Source: Candidatus Eiseniibacteriota bacterium (lineage in GTDB: Bacteria; Eisenbacteria; RBG-16-71-46). Taken from it: 64,000 bases of DNA. This document shows, in pieces, positions 19,001 through 29,389 of this stretch; positions within the stretch are counted from its first letter, which is position 1; each line of letters starts with the position of its first letter. The stretch is from NCBI GenBank assembly GCA_963744995.1, contig CAVUWA010000002.1:128001-192000 (forward strand). The letters are read 5' to 3'. A program made the position numbers and the translations under genes. Under the pieces are notes generated by a model, which saw only the letters and a list, made by a program, of their open reading frames with translations, was not told the DNA's origin and did no database searches.

Positions 19001-22000
19001 CGCGTTGCACCACAGCGCTCGTGAGGCGAGCTGTTCGTAGAGCCGCGCCTCATCCGTGGAGATGCCCAGGTGACGCAGCCGCATCTGGGTCTGCGATGCG
19101 GAGAGGGCGAAGGTGCGGGCGGCGGAGGCGGGATCGTCGTACTTCTCCGCCAGGGCGATCGCCGCGTCACGGCTCGAGGCCACGCCGGTCGCGAACGCCA
19201 GACGCACGTGCCCGCCGGGTGCGATGCGCACGCGCCGGCGCAGGCTCAGGATCGGGTCGAGCACCGCTCCGGTGGTGCCCGAGAGCGCACGGCCGTCGAG
19301 GGCGACCGGGTTCTCCGGGGTGCATCCGCGACCGAGGAACCGGGCGCGGTCGGTTTCCCACTCGATGGCGCCGTGAACGCCCCCTTCGGCGCTCAGCACG
19401 TGCACCGCCCATGGGGCCGGTCCGTCAGGTGCACGCGGGCGCCGGCCGCACAGCAGCGCGGTGCACTCGGGACGATACTCGGTCTCGAGAAACAACTTGA
19501 GGAACGCCGGGTGAGCGAGATCGTCGGCGTGCGGTGCGAGCACGATCTCGACCAGGCTCGTGACCTCGATCTCGCGCAGCACGTCGCTGTGATTGACCAG
19601 AGAAAGCCGGCGCACCTCGACATCGTCCTCGGGAGAGACCGTGATCTCGAGCCGGGTCTCGATGCCGTCGTCCAGACGCTCGAACAGGGCCTCATCGGCG
19701 AGGAACGTCACCCGATAGCGCTCGGCCTCACGGCACACCGGCTGGTGGGTGGCCGACCACAACAGGCCGCTGCGCACGTCGCGCAGGTAGATGAACTGGC
19801 TGCCCGGATCGCAGGTCGGATCATCCCGCCGACGCGTCACCGCGCTTCCACGCCACGTGCTGGTTCCACCTCCGGCGTTGGTGACGATCGCGGTGTACTG
19901 CCCATTCGACAGGAAGTGGGTGTTGGGATAGAGCGTGTGCGGCGAACGATAGCGACGTGGCGAAGTCGCGGACGCGGGCGGCGCGAAGTGTGTCGACTCC
20001 GCGGGACGCGGTCGGATGACGGGCACGAATCGCGGCACGCGCTCCTGCAGCAGGGGCTCGGTCGCCTGCACGCGCGGATCCGAATGGAAGCGCCGCACCA
20101 TCGGGGCGCCGAGCACGGCGTTGGTGAGCGCGACCAGGCTCATGCCTTGATGATGGGCGAAGAACGCCTCGACGCGGTTGCATGCGGTGGCCGGGCCCGG
20201 CGTGCCCGGAGAGCCTTCACGCCGGCGCGGCGTGTAGTCGAGCGCTTCCTCGAATCCGAACCGGCCCACGGCACCCTCGCCGGCCAGTCGGCGGAAGTTG
20301 GCGGCGGCCGCCGCCGGGTCGACCAGAGCGGCGAGCGCCGTGGCATAGGGGGCCACCACCATGTCCTCGGCGAGCCCGCGCTTCAGCCCCAGGCCGGGAA
20401 CACCGAAGGCCCTGTAGAGATAGGTTCCGTGCGGATCCACCACGTGGTACGCGGATTCCGATATGCCCCATGGCACGTTCTGGCGCCGCCCGTATCGGAT
20501 TTGCGCGAGGACCGCCGCCCCGCAGGCGCTCTCGAGCAGAGTATCCGGATGACTGCGCAGCATCAGGAGCGGCATCAGGTACTCGAACATCGAACCGCTC
20601 CACGACACGAGCGTCGTGCACCCTTCCGCGCTCACCAGCGCACGCGAGAGCCGGAACCAGTGTTCCTGAGGCACCTGGCCACGGGCGATCGCGATGAAGC
20701 TCGCGAGCCGGGCCTCCGACGCCAGCAGATCGTAGTAGGAAGCATCGAGGCGCCCGGGGCCGTCGGCGTCCGCCAGGCGGTACCCGATCGAGAACACGCC
20801 GCGCGCGCGCTCGTAGAGAAACGTCCATTCGGTTGCGTCGGCGAGCCACTCGCTGCGCCGGGCGAGGGATTTCAGGCGCTCGCGCAGCGCACCGTCCTGG
20901 GACGGATGCGCGGCAGGCGGCGCGAGTTCCGTGTCGAGCGCCCGCCCCCATTCGGCCGCCTCGGCGGCGTCGGGATCGTCCGGCGCCGCGGCCGCGAACC
21001 GATCGAGTGCGGCGCGCAGATCCCCGGCATGGCGGGCCGCGGTCTCGAATCGTGCGCCCGCCGGCCCGCCCGCGTCGAGCACCGCGCGCAGGGCGTCCAG
21101 TTCGTCCCGCGCGGGTGCGAGGCCCGCCTGGTGCGACGCGGGGGCGCGGCGCTCGAGCGTTGCGAGCAGCTCGGACAGCACCCCTGCCGTATCGGCGGCA
21201 CCGGCGCACGTCCGTTCCCGGTCGTCAACACCCGTGGCCACTTCCCGCAGCCCCGCGGACAGCGTCATGAGCGCGCCCGCCAGATTGCCGCTGTCCACCG
21301 TGGACACGTAGCGCGGCGCCAGCGGGGTGAGGTGCTCCGAGTCGTACCAGTTGAGCAGGTGCCCGCGGTGGTGCTCGAGTGCCTCGACGGTCGTGAGCAT
21401 GCGGTCGATGCGGTCCGCGAGCCGGCCACCGTCGAGATAGCCCAGGTCGTGCGCGGCGAGGGTCGACAGCAGGCCCATGCCGATGTTGGTCGGGGACGTT
21501 CGGTGCGCGATGCGCAGTTCCGGTACGACCTGCACGTTGTCGGGTGGCAGCCAGTGGTCCTGCTCGGCGACGAACCGCTCGAAGTAGCGCCAGGTCCGGC
21601 GCGCGGTCCGACGCAGCTGTGCCGCGTCCTCCGCGTGCAGCTCGAGGCGCCGCGGAACCACCGGCCGGCTCAGCCACCAGGCCACCAGCGGCGAGGCCGA
21701 CCACGCCGCCAGGAACGGCAGCGCCACCGGCAGCGCGCCCGGCCGCACCAGCAGCAGCGCCAGGAGCCCCGCCACCGCGGCAGCCGGTCCCGCCCACATC
21801 TCGACGACGAACACCCATGGACCGCGGCGCGAGAGCGACCCTGCCGCGCGCGCCGTCGTGGCCGCGGCTGTTTCCCACTCGAGCAGCCGCCGTTGAATCA
21901 CGCCCATCCGAATCAGCGTCACCACGATGGCGTGCAGCGCCTCGTAGGCGTGGTAGGGGAGCAGTACGATCGCGAGCAGTGCCTGCGCGCCCGCCGTCTC

Positions 22001-24655
22001 GAGTTCCGCCCGCACGTCATGCAGGTACGCGCCGACCGGCTGCTGCGGACGCGGGCCACGCCCGAGGTGCACCAGCGGCGGCACCAGCGGAAAGCCCATG
22101 ACCGCGAGCGCGGCCAGGGTCCACGCCGGCGGTGAGCCGGGGAGCCAGGTCCACGCCGACGCCAGCCATGCGAGCAGCGACGGAGCTACCAGGCTGCGCC
22201 GCAGATTGTCGAGGATCTTCCAGCGGCTGATGAGCGGCAGACGGTTGCGCTCGAAGCCGTGCACCGCCGGCACCAGCGGCAGCAGATAGGCAAGGATCTG
22301 CCAGTCACCGCGCACCCAGCGATGCTGGCGCCGCGCATGCGCCAGCACGCTCGAAGGGAAGTCGTCGACCACCTCGATATCCGACACCAGTGCGCAGCGT
22401 GCGAACAGGCCCTCGAACAGGTCGTGCGAGAGCATTTCGTTCTCGGCCACACGACCTCTCAGCGCGGCGGTGAAGGCATCCACATCATATAGCCCCTTGC
22501 CGGTGAAGCTGCCCTCGCCGAACAGGTCCTGGTACGTATCGGACACCGCGGTGGTGTAGGGATCGACGCCGGTATGGCCCGCGTAGGCCCGGGCGAACAA
22601 CGACCCGGCGGCACCGGGCGCCGTGACGCTGACCCGCGGCTGGAGGATCCCGTAGCCCTCGACGACGCGCCGCAGTTCGGGGTCGAAGCGCGGGCGGTTG
22701 AGCGGATGCTCGATCACCCCGATCAACTGGCGCGCGGCGTCCCGCGGCAACCGGGTGTCGCTGTCGAGGGTGATGCAGTACCGGATATCCGGAAGAATTT
22801 CGGGTGCGCCCACCTGCTCGGTGAAGCTCGTATCACGGGCGCCTCGCAGCACGCGGTTGAATTCATCGATCTTGCCGCGCTTGCGTTCCCAACCCATCCA
22901 CACCCCTTCGCTGCCGTTCCAGCGGCGGGTCCGGTGAAACAGGTAGAAACGGTCCGCGGTACCCGGTGCATAGCGCGCGTTCAGCGCCTCGATCCCCGCG
23001 ATCGCGGTCGCGAGGATCTCATCCTCGCCGGGAAGATGCTCGGCCGCTGCATCCGGGAAGTCCGTGAGCAGCGCGAAGTGGATCCGTGGATCCATGTTGC
23101 CGAGGGCCCGCACCTCGAGGAGGTCGACCTGTGCCTGGGCGCCATCGCGAGAAGTGAGGAGCGTCGGCACGATGACCATGGTGCGAGCCGACTCGGGCAC
23201 GCCGCCGCGCAGGTCGAGTCGCGACAGCGCCCGCGGCGTCGCGAGCCGGTGGACGACGCGGTGCAGGAGTGCCACCGCCAGCTCGCTGGCGGGAATGAGC
23301 GCCAGCGCGCCCACGCATGCACACATCCAGATCGGCGCCTGTGCCGCCCATGCCGCCGTGACCGCGGCGGCCACCGCGAGCCCGGAGAGCAGGGCGACGG
23401 ACCCCAGGTAGATCGGTGTGGCGTTGTCGAAGAGCAGGCGCTTCAGCTGCTGCAGGGCCGGGGGGTGGTGCGTGACGTCGTGTTCGAGCTCCCCGCGGCC
23501 GCCCCCGATCAGGTGGTAGCCGACGTGTGCCGCCGGCGAGTCCACGCCCGACCGTTCCGCCGCCTGGCGCGCACTCTCCATGGCGCGCAGCGCGACCCTC
23601 ACCTGGGCCTCGCCCGTGGGGTCGGCCAGCGCCTCGACCGCGTGGCGGTAGCGATCGCGGCTGGAGAAATCCATGCGTCGGTAGACGTCGGGCGGATCGC
23701 GCTGCAGGATCTGCTCGATCAGGCTGACGCCCTCGACGTACTCGTTCCAATCGAGCGTGGCACAGACCCTGAGGCTCGTCGTGGAGTTGCCCATCGAGAG
23801 GTTGTTCATCGCCTGCCGCTGGTGCTCGGCACGGACCGCTTCTTCCACCGTGGTGCCGACGGCATCCAGCCGTTCCTCGAGCAGCTTCCTGAGCCCGGCG
23901 GCCCTGGCCCCGTACTCGCGCATGCGCTGCAACAGCTGGCTCACGAATGCAACGTGGAAGAACGGTGGAAGCGGCGGTCGCTGGCCGGCCGCGCGGGCGC
24001 TCTCCAGATCCACGAAGCAGCGATCGGCCTCCAGACGGCCGGCGCGGCCCTCGAGCATTTCTTCGGAGAGCCTGCGCAGGTGCTCGATCAGGGCGAGCTT
24101 GAGCATGCTGGGCCAGGCCCACAGCTCGCCGATCGTGAGGGGCGCGACGGTCTGAAACGCATGAATGAACCGGTTCAGGCGATGAGCGTCGAGTCGGGCG
24201 TCGCTGTAGCGGAGCAGCTCGACGGCCATGGCGTAGACGCGTGCGGTGCCGGCGAGCTCGCGCGTGGCGAGTTTCGGGAGTTCGCGGTAGTAGCGCGTCG
24301 GAAGGTGATGGCGGATCTCTCGGATCTCGCCTTCCACCAGGTGGAAGTTGTCGAGCAGCCACTCGGCTGCAGGTGCGATCGGCTCGCCGCGCCGAACGTC
24401 TCCGGCGAGCGTTCGATAGGCGTGACGGAGCACGCGCGTGTGGTCGGACAGGCGGCGCAGCAACCGGGGCGGCCCGCGCTGTGGATTGCGCGAGAGGGTG
24501 TATCCCGCGGCCAGCGCCCGGGCGCGCTCCTCGAGCCGCTCGACGCCGAGCAACTCGCCGTGAAGGGGGCTCGAATCGAGACCGATCAGCCGGGGGCGCG
24601 CGATGCCAGGTTGACCCGTCGCGGCGCGAGACCGCGGGTGGCGAGCGATGAACAA
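16025..24655 (-). CDS. ndvB: Cyclic beta-1,2-glucan synthase (Cgs/NdvB/ChvB)
   Basis: 2876 aa; [46 protein letters not shown]94-like [30 protein letters not shown]. Confidence 0.95.
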   Translation of the reverse strand: MFIARHPRSRAATGQPGIARPRLIGLDSSPLHGELLGVERLEERARALAAGYTLSRNPQRGPPRLLRRLSDHTRVLRHAYRTLAGDVRRGEPIAPAAEWLLDNFHLVEGEIREIRHHLPTRYYRELPKLATRELAGTARVYAMAVELLRYSDARLDAHRLNRFIHAFQTVAPLTIGELWAWPSMLKLALIEHLRRLSEEMLEGRAGRLEADRCFVDLESARAAGQRPPLPPFFHVAFVSQLLQRMREYGARAAGLRKLLEERLDAVGTTVEEAVRAEHQRQAMNNLSMGNSTTSLRVCATLDWNEYVEGVSLIEQILQRDPPDVYRRMDFSSRDRYRHAVEALADPTGEAQVRVALRAMESARQAAERSGVDSPAAHVGYHLIGGGRGELEHDVTHHPPALQQLKRLLFDNATPIYLGSVALLSGLAVAAAVTAAWAAQAPIWMCACVGALALIPASELAVALLHRVVHRLATPRALSRLDLRGGVPESARTMVIVPTLLTSRDGAQAQVDLLEVRALGNMDPRIHFALLTDFPDAAAEHLPGEDEILATAIAGIEALNARYAPGTADRFYLFHRTRRWNGSEGVWMGWERKRGKIDEFNRVLRGARDTSFTEQVGAPEILPDIRYCITLDSDTRLPRDAARQLIGVIEHPLNRPRFDPELRRVVEGYGILQPRVSVTAPGAAGSLFARAYAGHTGVDPYTTAVSDTYQDLFGEGSFTGKGLYDVDAFTAALRGRVAENEMLSHDLFEGLFARCALVSDIEVVDDFPSSVLAHARRQHRWVRGDWQILAYLLPLVPAVHGFERNRLPLISRWKILDNLRRSLVAPSLLAWLASAWTWLPGSPPAWTLAALAVMGFPLVPPLVHLGRGPRPQQPVGAYLHDVRAELETAGAQALLAIVLLPYHAYEALHAIVVTLIRMGVIQRRLLEWETAAATTARAAGSLSRRGPWVFVVEMWAGPAAAVAGLLALLLVRPGALPVALPFLAAWSASPLVAWWLSRPVVPRRLELHAEDAAQLRRTARRTWRYFERFVAEQDHWLPPDNVQVVPELRIAHRTSPTNIGMGLLSTLAAHDLGYLDGGRLADRIDRMLTTVEALEHHRGHLLNWYDSEHLTPLAPRYVSTVDSGNLAGALMTLSAGLREVATGVDDRERTCAGAADTAGVLSELLATLERRAPASHQAGLAPARDELDALRAVLDAGGPAGARFETAARHAGDLRAALDRFAAAAPDDPDAAEAAEWGRALDTELAPPAAHPSQDGALRERLKSLARRSEWLADATEWTFLYERARGVFSIGYRLADADGPGRLDASYYDLLASEARLASFIAIARGQVPQEHWFRLSRALVSAEGCTTLVSWSGSMFEYLMPLLMLRSHPDTLLESACGAAVLAQIRYGRRQNVPWGISESAYHVVDPHGTYLYRAFGVPGLGLKRGLAEDMVVAPYATALAALVDPAAAAANFRRLAGEGAVGRFGFEEALDYTPRRREGSPGTPGPATACNRVEAFFAHHQGMSLVALTNAVLGAPMVRRFHSDPRVQATEPLLQERVPRFVPVIRPRPAESTHFAPPASATSPRRYRSPHTLYPNTHFLSNGQYTAIVTNAGGGTSTWRGSAVTRRRDDPTCDPGSQFIYLRDVRSGLLWSATHQPVCREAERYRVTFLADEALFERLDDGIETRLEITVSPEDDVEVRRLSLVNHSDVLREIEVTSLVEIVLAPHADDLAHPAFLKLFLETEYRPECTALLCGRRPRAPDGPAPWAVHVLSAEGGVHGAIEWETDRARFLGRGCTPENPVALDGRALSGTTGAVLDPILSLRRRVRIAPGGHVRLAFATGVASSRDAAIALAEKYDDPASAARTFALSASQTQMRLRHLGISTDEARLYEQLASRALWCNATLRADPAYLAGNTLGPSGLWANGVSGDFPILIVQVIQDHDLSVVHQVLRAQEYWRLKGLSADVVILNEHPVNYQNEMHEQLEGLLEKGAWAAWRNRPGGVFLLRGDGMPEAQRGVLMAAARAVLGRGQGDLADQLRLPYPEPNWPPALATRPAPAAAPMLEPTRQVEVPALTHANGLGGFTAGGREYAIVLEGNADTPQPWVNVIANPHFGTVVGATGAAWTWAGNSRENRLTPFTNDPVGEFSGEAIYLRDDDSGNVWGATPGPLPRKRDSGRWVTRHGAGVTRYAHRAHGITCELEVFVHAEEPLKLTRISLTNHAKDTRRLSVFAYNEWALCPPRAGEQRFVVTEQDPGTGAVLARNPYNSDYPGQTAFVHSSVMPASATGDRLEFLGRNGSLRRPAALARESLGRRFGASLDPCAAIQVRVDLEPGATRDVVLLLGQGKTQAHALALAERFGSIEAARTALEQVEAGWDAMLGAVQVETPDDSFDLIVNRWLLYQAVSSRLWGRTGFFQPGGAYGFRDQLQDSMALGFARPDLYREHLLRCAARQFVEGDVQHWWHQHNGRGVRTRCSDDLLWLPYAVAHYLKCTGDQAVLDVPVAFLEAPPLSPGEPEAYGQPRTSTQSGTLYEHCIRAIEQCLAVGPHGLPLMGTGDWNDGMNRVGHLGHGESVWLGWFLSKILHDFSRVVAARGDTKRVARWRGERRRMGAMLEQAWDGDWYRRAYFDDGTPLGSAQAQECRIDAISQSWSVLSGAAPRDRAERAMDAVRMQLVQRHAGVIQLLTPPFDHSSLDPGYIKGYVPGVRENGGQYTHAALWTVMAIAQLGSGDEAVELFHMLNPINHARTPADVERYKVEPYVVAADVYTHPAHIGRGGWTWYTGSAAWMYRLAVESILGIRRRGGCFAIEPCIPGAWDRFAVRWRHGSSLYEIAVVNPGHGNCGVVEAWLDDAAIDHRAIPLVDDGAVHRVRVIMGDPGPEPASLSAVHTLGRPTP

Positions 24656-25166
24656 GGAGCCAACCTTCTTTCCACTATGGATCGCGGAGCGCCCGCGACC
24701 CCAATCGAGGAACTCAGTCTAGCAGGGTTGACTGGCACGGACACTTGCCATGCGAGGAATGATTGCACAGGACGCAGCTGCCCGCGGGCGTGCGCGTACG
24801 AGGGCGTTGTGGGTGACGCGCAGGCGTCGCGCTCTCGCGCGGGTGGCCACGAGCCAGACGGCTTTCGTCGCACGTCCCGGTGATCGCGATGACGGCAGAG
24901 TGCTCATTCGAAGGCGATCCGCTCGCTGCCGCGCGTCACCTGCCCGTCGCTCCCGTTCGCCGGGCACGCGCCCCGGCGGCTCGTCGTCCGGGCAGGACAG
25001 GGCACGGACGACACGCTGCCCGCTTTGAACATTCTTCCACGAACGTGCGCACTTTTACGTCGTCGCCCGCCCATCGAAGTTCGCCCACGCCATCGCGCCG
25101 CCGCCGTCCGGCTCCATCGGTTGCCCCCGCATGGCGTTGGGCGGTCCGCGCGGGCCGTGAACGAGG

Positions 25167-25181
25167 TGGCATGAAACTGGC
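25167..25181 (+). promoter_or_regulatory. Putative sigma-54 promoter
   Basis: TGGCATGAAACTGGC = GG-N10-GC, ~88 bp before the ATG at 25269. Confidence 0.6.
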
Positions 25182-25268
25182 GTTCTGCTCGCACGGGGCA
25201 GGGATGTCTGCGACGCGCGTCGAGGTGTCCAGGCCGTGACTCCGCCACCGGCGAGGAGGTGCGAAGCG

Positions 25269-25778
25269 ATGAAGGTCTTTCGAACCATGGTGCTGATGGC
25301 ACTCGCTCTCGCCGCCCCCGCTGCGGCTCAGGAATCAGGCGGCAGCCCGGTCGATCGATTCCTGATGGCGGCGCACCTGCCCACGGCTGCCCGCGAAGCC
25401 AGGTTCCTCGGCGTTCCGGAACGGGACCTGCAGACCCTCTTCGCGACGGCGCGCGAGCAGCGCATGCCGGCCGCGAACCTGGCCGAGTTGTTCAACGAAG
25501 AGAACGACGCGATCCGCCAGCATGGCCCCATCGACAATTTCGGCGCGTTCGTTCAGCAGCAGCTCCGGTCGGGCCTGCGTGGCCGCGATCTGGCGGCGGC
25601 CATCCGAGCCGAGCACGTTGCGCGCGGGATGGGAAAGGATCGCGCGGCGAAGATCTGGAGGCCGGACAAATCCGGCATGTCCAGCAGCAGCGATGATCAA
25701 GGACGCACGGACAGGGGCGGTGGTCCCGAAAGTCCCGGGAAATCGGGGAAGCAGGGCGGGAAGGGTGGAACGCGATGA
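25269..25778 (+). CDS. Secreted hypothetical helical protein with Gly/Lys-rich tail
   Basis: AGGAGG RBS; signal peptide ending AAA-Q; ATGA overlap with the next gene. Confidence 0.75.
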   Translation: MKVFRTMVLMALALAAPAAAQESGGSPVDRFLMAAHLPTAAREARFLGVPERDLQTLFATAREQRMPAANLAELFNEENDAIRQHGPIDNFGAFVQQQLRSGLRGRDLAAAIRAEHVARGMGKDRAAKIWRPDKSGMSSSSDDQGRTDRGGGPESPGKSGKQGGKGGTR

Positions 25779-26104
25779 GCACGCGCTCGATTCGCACACT
25801 GGCGTTGGCCGCCCTGACGGTCGCGATGACCCTGCTTGCGTGGGGCTGTGCGCAGTCACCTTCCGCCGGAAAATCGGCGCATGCGGTGAACGCAGAACAG
25901 AATGATGCGACACCGTCGGTCGACAGAGCCCGCGAAGCGGCGCAGATGGTCGTAGCCATCGAGAAGGAGCCGAGGCGCATGGCGGAGGTTCTCGAAGCGC
26001 ACGGCATGAAACGGGAGACGTTCGAAGAACTGCTCCTCAATATCGCTCAGGATCCCGAGCTGACTGAGGTCTACGAAACGGCCAGAATCGCCTCGTCGCG
26101 CTGA
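25775..26104 (+). CDS. Hypothetical lipoprotein
   Basis: Lipobox AWGC; short helical domain. Confidence 0.7.
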   Translation: MSTRSIRTLALAALTVAMTLLAWGCAQSPSAGKSAHAVNAEQNDATPSVDRAREAAQMVVAIEKEPRRMAEVLEAHGMKRETFEELLLNIAQDPELTEVYETARIASSR

Positions 26105-26232
26105 GCGCCGCGGAGGTTCACTCGTGCGTCATGCTGAACCCGCGCGAGGGCGGCCGGGACGACGAACGTTCGTACGAAGGCGAGGGCCGGCAACGCCGGC
26201 AGCGTCGGACCGACAGCAAGGAGAACGATGCC

Positions 26233-26913
26233 ATGCGAAGAACTCTGTGCTTCACGGTTGCCGCCGCGTTGCTGCTGGCCGCGCTGGCGGGCGTGACCGG
26301 CTGTGCGTCCATGAACAAGACCACCCAGGGCGCCGTCATCGGCGGTGTGGCGGGCGGCGTCGCCGGCGGAGTGATCGGCAACCAGACCGGCTCGACCGCG
26401 CGCGGCGCAATCATCGGTGCGGTGCTGGGCGGGGCGGCCGGCGCGATCATCGGTCACCAGATGGACGTGCGGGCGAAGGAGCTCGAGCAGGAAATCCCGG
26501 GCGCGACGATCACGCGCGTCGGGGAGGGAATTGCGGTGACGTTCCCCTCCGGGCTTCTGTTTGATTTCGATTCCGCCGTCATCCGGGCCAGCGCCGCCTC
26601 GAACCTGGACAAGCTGGCGACGCACCTGAACAAATACGACGACTCCAACCTGATGATCGTCGGTCACACCGACGCGGTGGGGAGTTCCCAGTACAACCAG
26701 GGCCTCTCGGAGCGGCGCGCCGACTCTGCGGCACGTTATCTGAGGGCACAGGGAGTCACCCGTAACATCGCGACGGCCGGGCTCGGGGAGCGTGAGCCCC
26801 TCGCGTCGAACGACACCGAGGGCGGCCGCCAGCTCAACCGGCGCATCGAGGTGGCGATCTACGCGAGCGCGGCGCTTCAGGAGCAGGCCAGGCAGCAGGC
26901 GGCAGGGCGCTGA
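26233..26913 (+). CDS. OmpA family lipoprotein with glycine zipper (YiaD-like)
   Basis: Lipobox VTGC; GAVIGGVAGG; LLFDFDS, GHTDAVG, NRRIEV. Confidence 0.92.
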   Translation: MRRTLCFTVAAALLLAALAGVTGCASMNKTTQGAVIGGVAGGVAGGVIGNQTGSTARGAIIGAVLGGAAGAIIGHQMDVRAKELEQEIPGATITRVGEGIAVTFPSGLLFDFDSAVIRASAASNLDKLATHLNKYDDSNLMIVGHTDAVGSSQYNQGLSERRADSAARYLRAQGVTRNIATAGLGEREPLASNDTEGGRQLNRRIEVAIYASAALQEQARQQAAGR

Positions 26914-27021
26914 AACGATGCCATCGGACCGGTGCCCGCTCCGTTGCGGCGGGCGCCGGTCCATTCGCTGCAACGGCGATCCACGCCGCCGCGGCTTCGT
27001 TCCATCATCATGAGGTATGAC

Positions 27022-27423
27022 ATGAAGACCTTTCCGAAGAAACTTCGCTTCTGGACGGGGATGCTCGTCGTCCTGAGTATGAGCGCGCTCGACTTCAGCC
27101 CCGCGCTGGCCGCGCTGGCGCCGTCGCAGACCACCGGCGCGACCGTGATCACCACGGCGCGCGACGCGGACATGCTCGTCGCGCAGCGGGCGTTCGAGAA
27201 CAAGATCGTCGCGCAGAAGCTGCGCGACTACGGCATCTCGCCCGATGAAGCCCAGGTCAGACTGGCGAACATGTCGGACCAGGACCTCCATACACTGGCT
27301 TCCGCTTCCAAGGGACTGCCCAGCGGTGGCGACGGCACCGGCGCCGTCATCGGCATTCTGGTCGTGGTCATCCTGGTGATCGTCGTCCTCCGCCTCATGA
27401 ATCGCGAAGTGGTCGTGAGGTGA
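27022..27423 (+). CDS. PA2779-like exported protein with double-glycine motif and C-terminal hydrophobic helix
   Basis: Signal peptide; KLRDYGISPDEAQVRLANMSDQDLHTLA..LPSGG-D followed by GAVIGILVVVILVIVVL. Confidence 0.8.
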   Translation: MKTFPKKLRFWTGMLVVLSMSALDFSPALAALAPSQTTGATVITTARDADMLVAQRAFENKIVAQKLRDYGISPDEAQVRLANMSDQDLHTLASASKGLPSGGDGTGAVIGILVVVILVIVVLRLMNREVVVR

Positions 27424-27950
27424 CGTCGCACGCGCTGGCCGCGCTGCTGCTGATTGCCCTGCCGTCCGTCGCGCTGGCCGGGCCGCCCGCTGCGGCCCGG
27501 CTCAGCGTCGACGTGCCGATCGTGGTGCAGACCCCCGAGCACTGCGGCCAGGCGGCGCTCGAAATGGTGCTGCGTCATTACGGGGCTGATTCGTCGGCCA
27601 TCGCCGAATCCGATCGCGCGTACGATCCGGTGCTGCGCGGCTCGCTCATCACCGATCTCGCAGCCGCCGCGCGCCGCGGAGGGTACGACGCCGTCGTCGC
27701 GACACTCGGCCCCGATTCGCTGGTGACCCTGCTCGCGTCCGGCGTGCCGCCCATCGTGCTCTACCAGAACGGCCGCGGCCCGTTGACGGTGCGTCACTTC
27801 GGCGTGGTGACGGGTTGGGACCCGGCGCGTGAGACCTTTACGCTCAACGAGGGCGGGAAGCATTCGCGCGTCGTCCGGCGCAGCGACCTGGCGAAACGGT
27901 GGCGGACCGCCGGCTCGCAGGCGCTGATCGTGCGACCGAGGCTGCCATGA
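27420..27950 (+). CDS. Exported C39-like cysteine peptidase (PA2778-like)
   Basis: Signal peptide; QTPEHCGQAALEMVL (Gln/Cys), HFGVVTG (His); GTGA overlap with the upstream gene. Confidence 0.85.
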   Translation: MTSHALAALLLIALPSVALAGPPAAARLSVDVPIVVQTPEHCGQAALEMVLRHYGADSSAIAESDRAYDPVLRGSLITDLAAAARRGGYDAVVATLGPDSLVTLLASGVPPIVLYQNGRGPLTVRHFGVVTGWDPARETFTLNEGGKHSRVVRRSDLAKRWRTAGSQALIVRPRLP

Positions 27951-28414
27951 AGCTGCAGCGCATCGTTCGCACCGGGCTGCTCATCACCGTCCTGGGCATC
28001 TCCGCCGCGACCACGGGCTGCGCCCATCTCGTACTGCTCCACGACCCGCTCTCGGCGAGCGAGCACAACGATCTGGGAGTGGCGTACGAGTCGGGAGGGA
28101 AGCTCGATCTCGCGGCGAAGGAGTACCGCAGGGCACTGCGACTCGACTCCGGACTCACGCGGGCGCGCGTCAATCTCGGCAACGTCGAAGCGGCCAACGG
28201 GCGCTGGGGCCGTGCCGAACACCAGTATCGCCGCGCACTGCGCGATTCCTCCACGAACTACGACGCCATGAACAACCTCGCGTACGCGCTGCTCAAGCAG
28301 GGGCGGCATCTGGACGAGGCCCGCACGCTGGCGGAGCGCGCCGTGGCCTCCGGCGCAGGACGCGACTCGGTTTACCGGGCCACGCTCGAGGAAATGAAGT
28401 CGACGGCGCACTGA
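27947..28414 (+). CDS. TPR-repeat lipoprotein
   Basis: Lipobox TTGC; HNDLGVAY, RVNLGNV, AMNNLAY TPR motifs; ATGA overlap. Confidence 0.85.
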   Translation: MKLQRIVRTGLLITVLGISAATTGCAHLVLLHDPLSASEHNDLGVAYESGGKLDLAAKEYRRALRLDSGLTRARVNLGNVEAANGRWGRAEHQYRRALRDSSTNYDAMNNLAYALLKQGRHLDEARTLAERAVASGAGRDSVYRATLEEMKSTAH

Positions 28415-28471
28415 CCGAAGGGCCCGGGCCCGCCTGCCCGCGAAACATGCTCCCCCCCCGCGTCCGGCCCG

Positions 28472-28963
28472 TCAGAACGGCCGCATCACCATCAGCACCG
28501 TGATCGCCAGGATCATGCCCATCTCGTAGACGTGGGCGGCGGCCACCGCGGGATCGTTCATGGCCGCGCGCAGCGCGGGCGTCACCTGGCGCCGCTCGAC
28601 GGCTTCTTCCAGCACTGCACGAAAGACCTTCCCGCGCGGCACGAACACGAAGACGATCACCGGAATGATGGACAGGTAGATGAGCAGCGACGCGAGCACC
28701 CAGTTCGTGTGCGCGCCCTGCAGCGCCCCGAGGATCGGCCAGCCGTGGAGCCACGCGGCGAGCAGGCCGAACAGCAGCACGAAGCCGGTCGAAGGACGCA
28801 CCATGCGCGTCTCGAAGACCGAAGACAGTCCCATCAGCGTCCGCACCTCGCCGATGTCGTTCGAACGCCGGGCGCGCGCCGTCGTCGCGGCCCGCCCGAG
28901 CACCCCCGCCAGCAGCCAGAACACGCACAGGACGTGAATCACTACCACCACACCAGCGACCAT
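28472..28963 (-). CDS. Four-TM membrane protein, DUF2269-like
   Basis: AAAGGAGG RBS; IHVLC first helix; C-terminal LMVMRPF. Confidence 0.75.
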   Translation of the reverse strand: MVAGVVVVIHVLCVFWLLAGVLGRAATTARARRSNDIGEVRTLMGLSSVFETRMVRPSTGFVLLFGLLAAWLHGWPILGALQGAHTNWVLASLLIYLSIIPVIVFVFVPRGKVFRAVLEEAVERRQVTPALRAAMNDPAVAAAHVYEMGMILAITVLMVMRPF

Positions 28964-29389
28964 CGAAGCCTCCTTTCGGTCGAGTTCCGCGCGGAGTGAA
29001 GCCGAACGCGAGACGCATCTCAAGGAAGTTCGCCCGCGGGGCGAGGCCGGGCTGGCGGCGGCGAATGCCCGCTCCGGCCCGGTCCCGCCCGGCCCGCATG
29101 CCCGTCACGCAGACGGGGCGCCGGCATTCACCGGCGCCCCGCTGGGTTCACGCATCGCGGGTCCCATGCAGTCGCGACACGTGGGTTCCGTCAGCCCCGG
29201 GAGGGGTCCATCCGCCGGGGCGACAAGTCAGGGTGTGCTGCGCTTCGTCATCTGTGGCCCGGGTCTGCCCGGCGCGCTTCGCAGGCACCTCCTTTCTTCG
29301 TCGTGCGCGCCGGCTGCAACGTCACGCGCTCTTCGACCTTCGACTGCTCCTCCTTCGTGAGCACGTTCCTGACAACGAGATCGGACTCC

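Noticed and set aside
24733..24750. TGGCACGGACACTTGCCA upstream of the glucan synthase, resembling a sigma-54 box on both strands
   Set aside because: Spacing is GG-N11-GC in both orientations, whereas RpoN requires N10. Not called, although an indel cannot be excluded.
16109..24883. Very long plus-strand ORFs (922, 1021, 769 aa) opposite the glucan synthase
   Set aside because: Antisense shadows caused by high-GC codon bias; no motifs.
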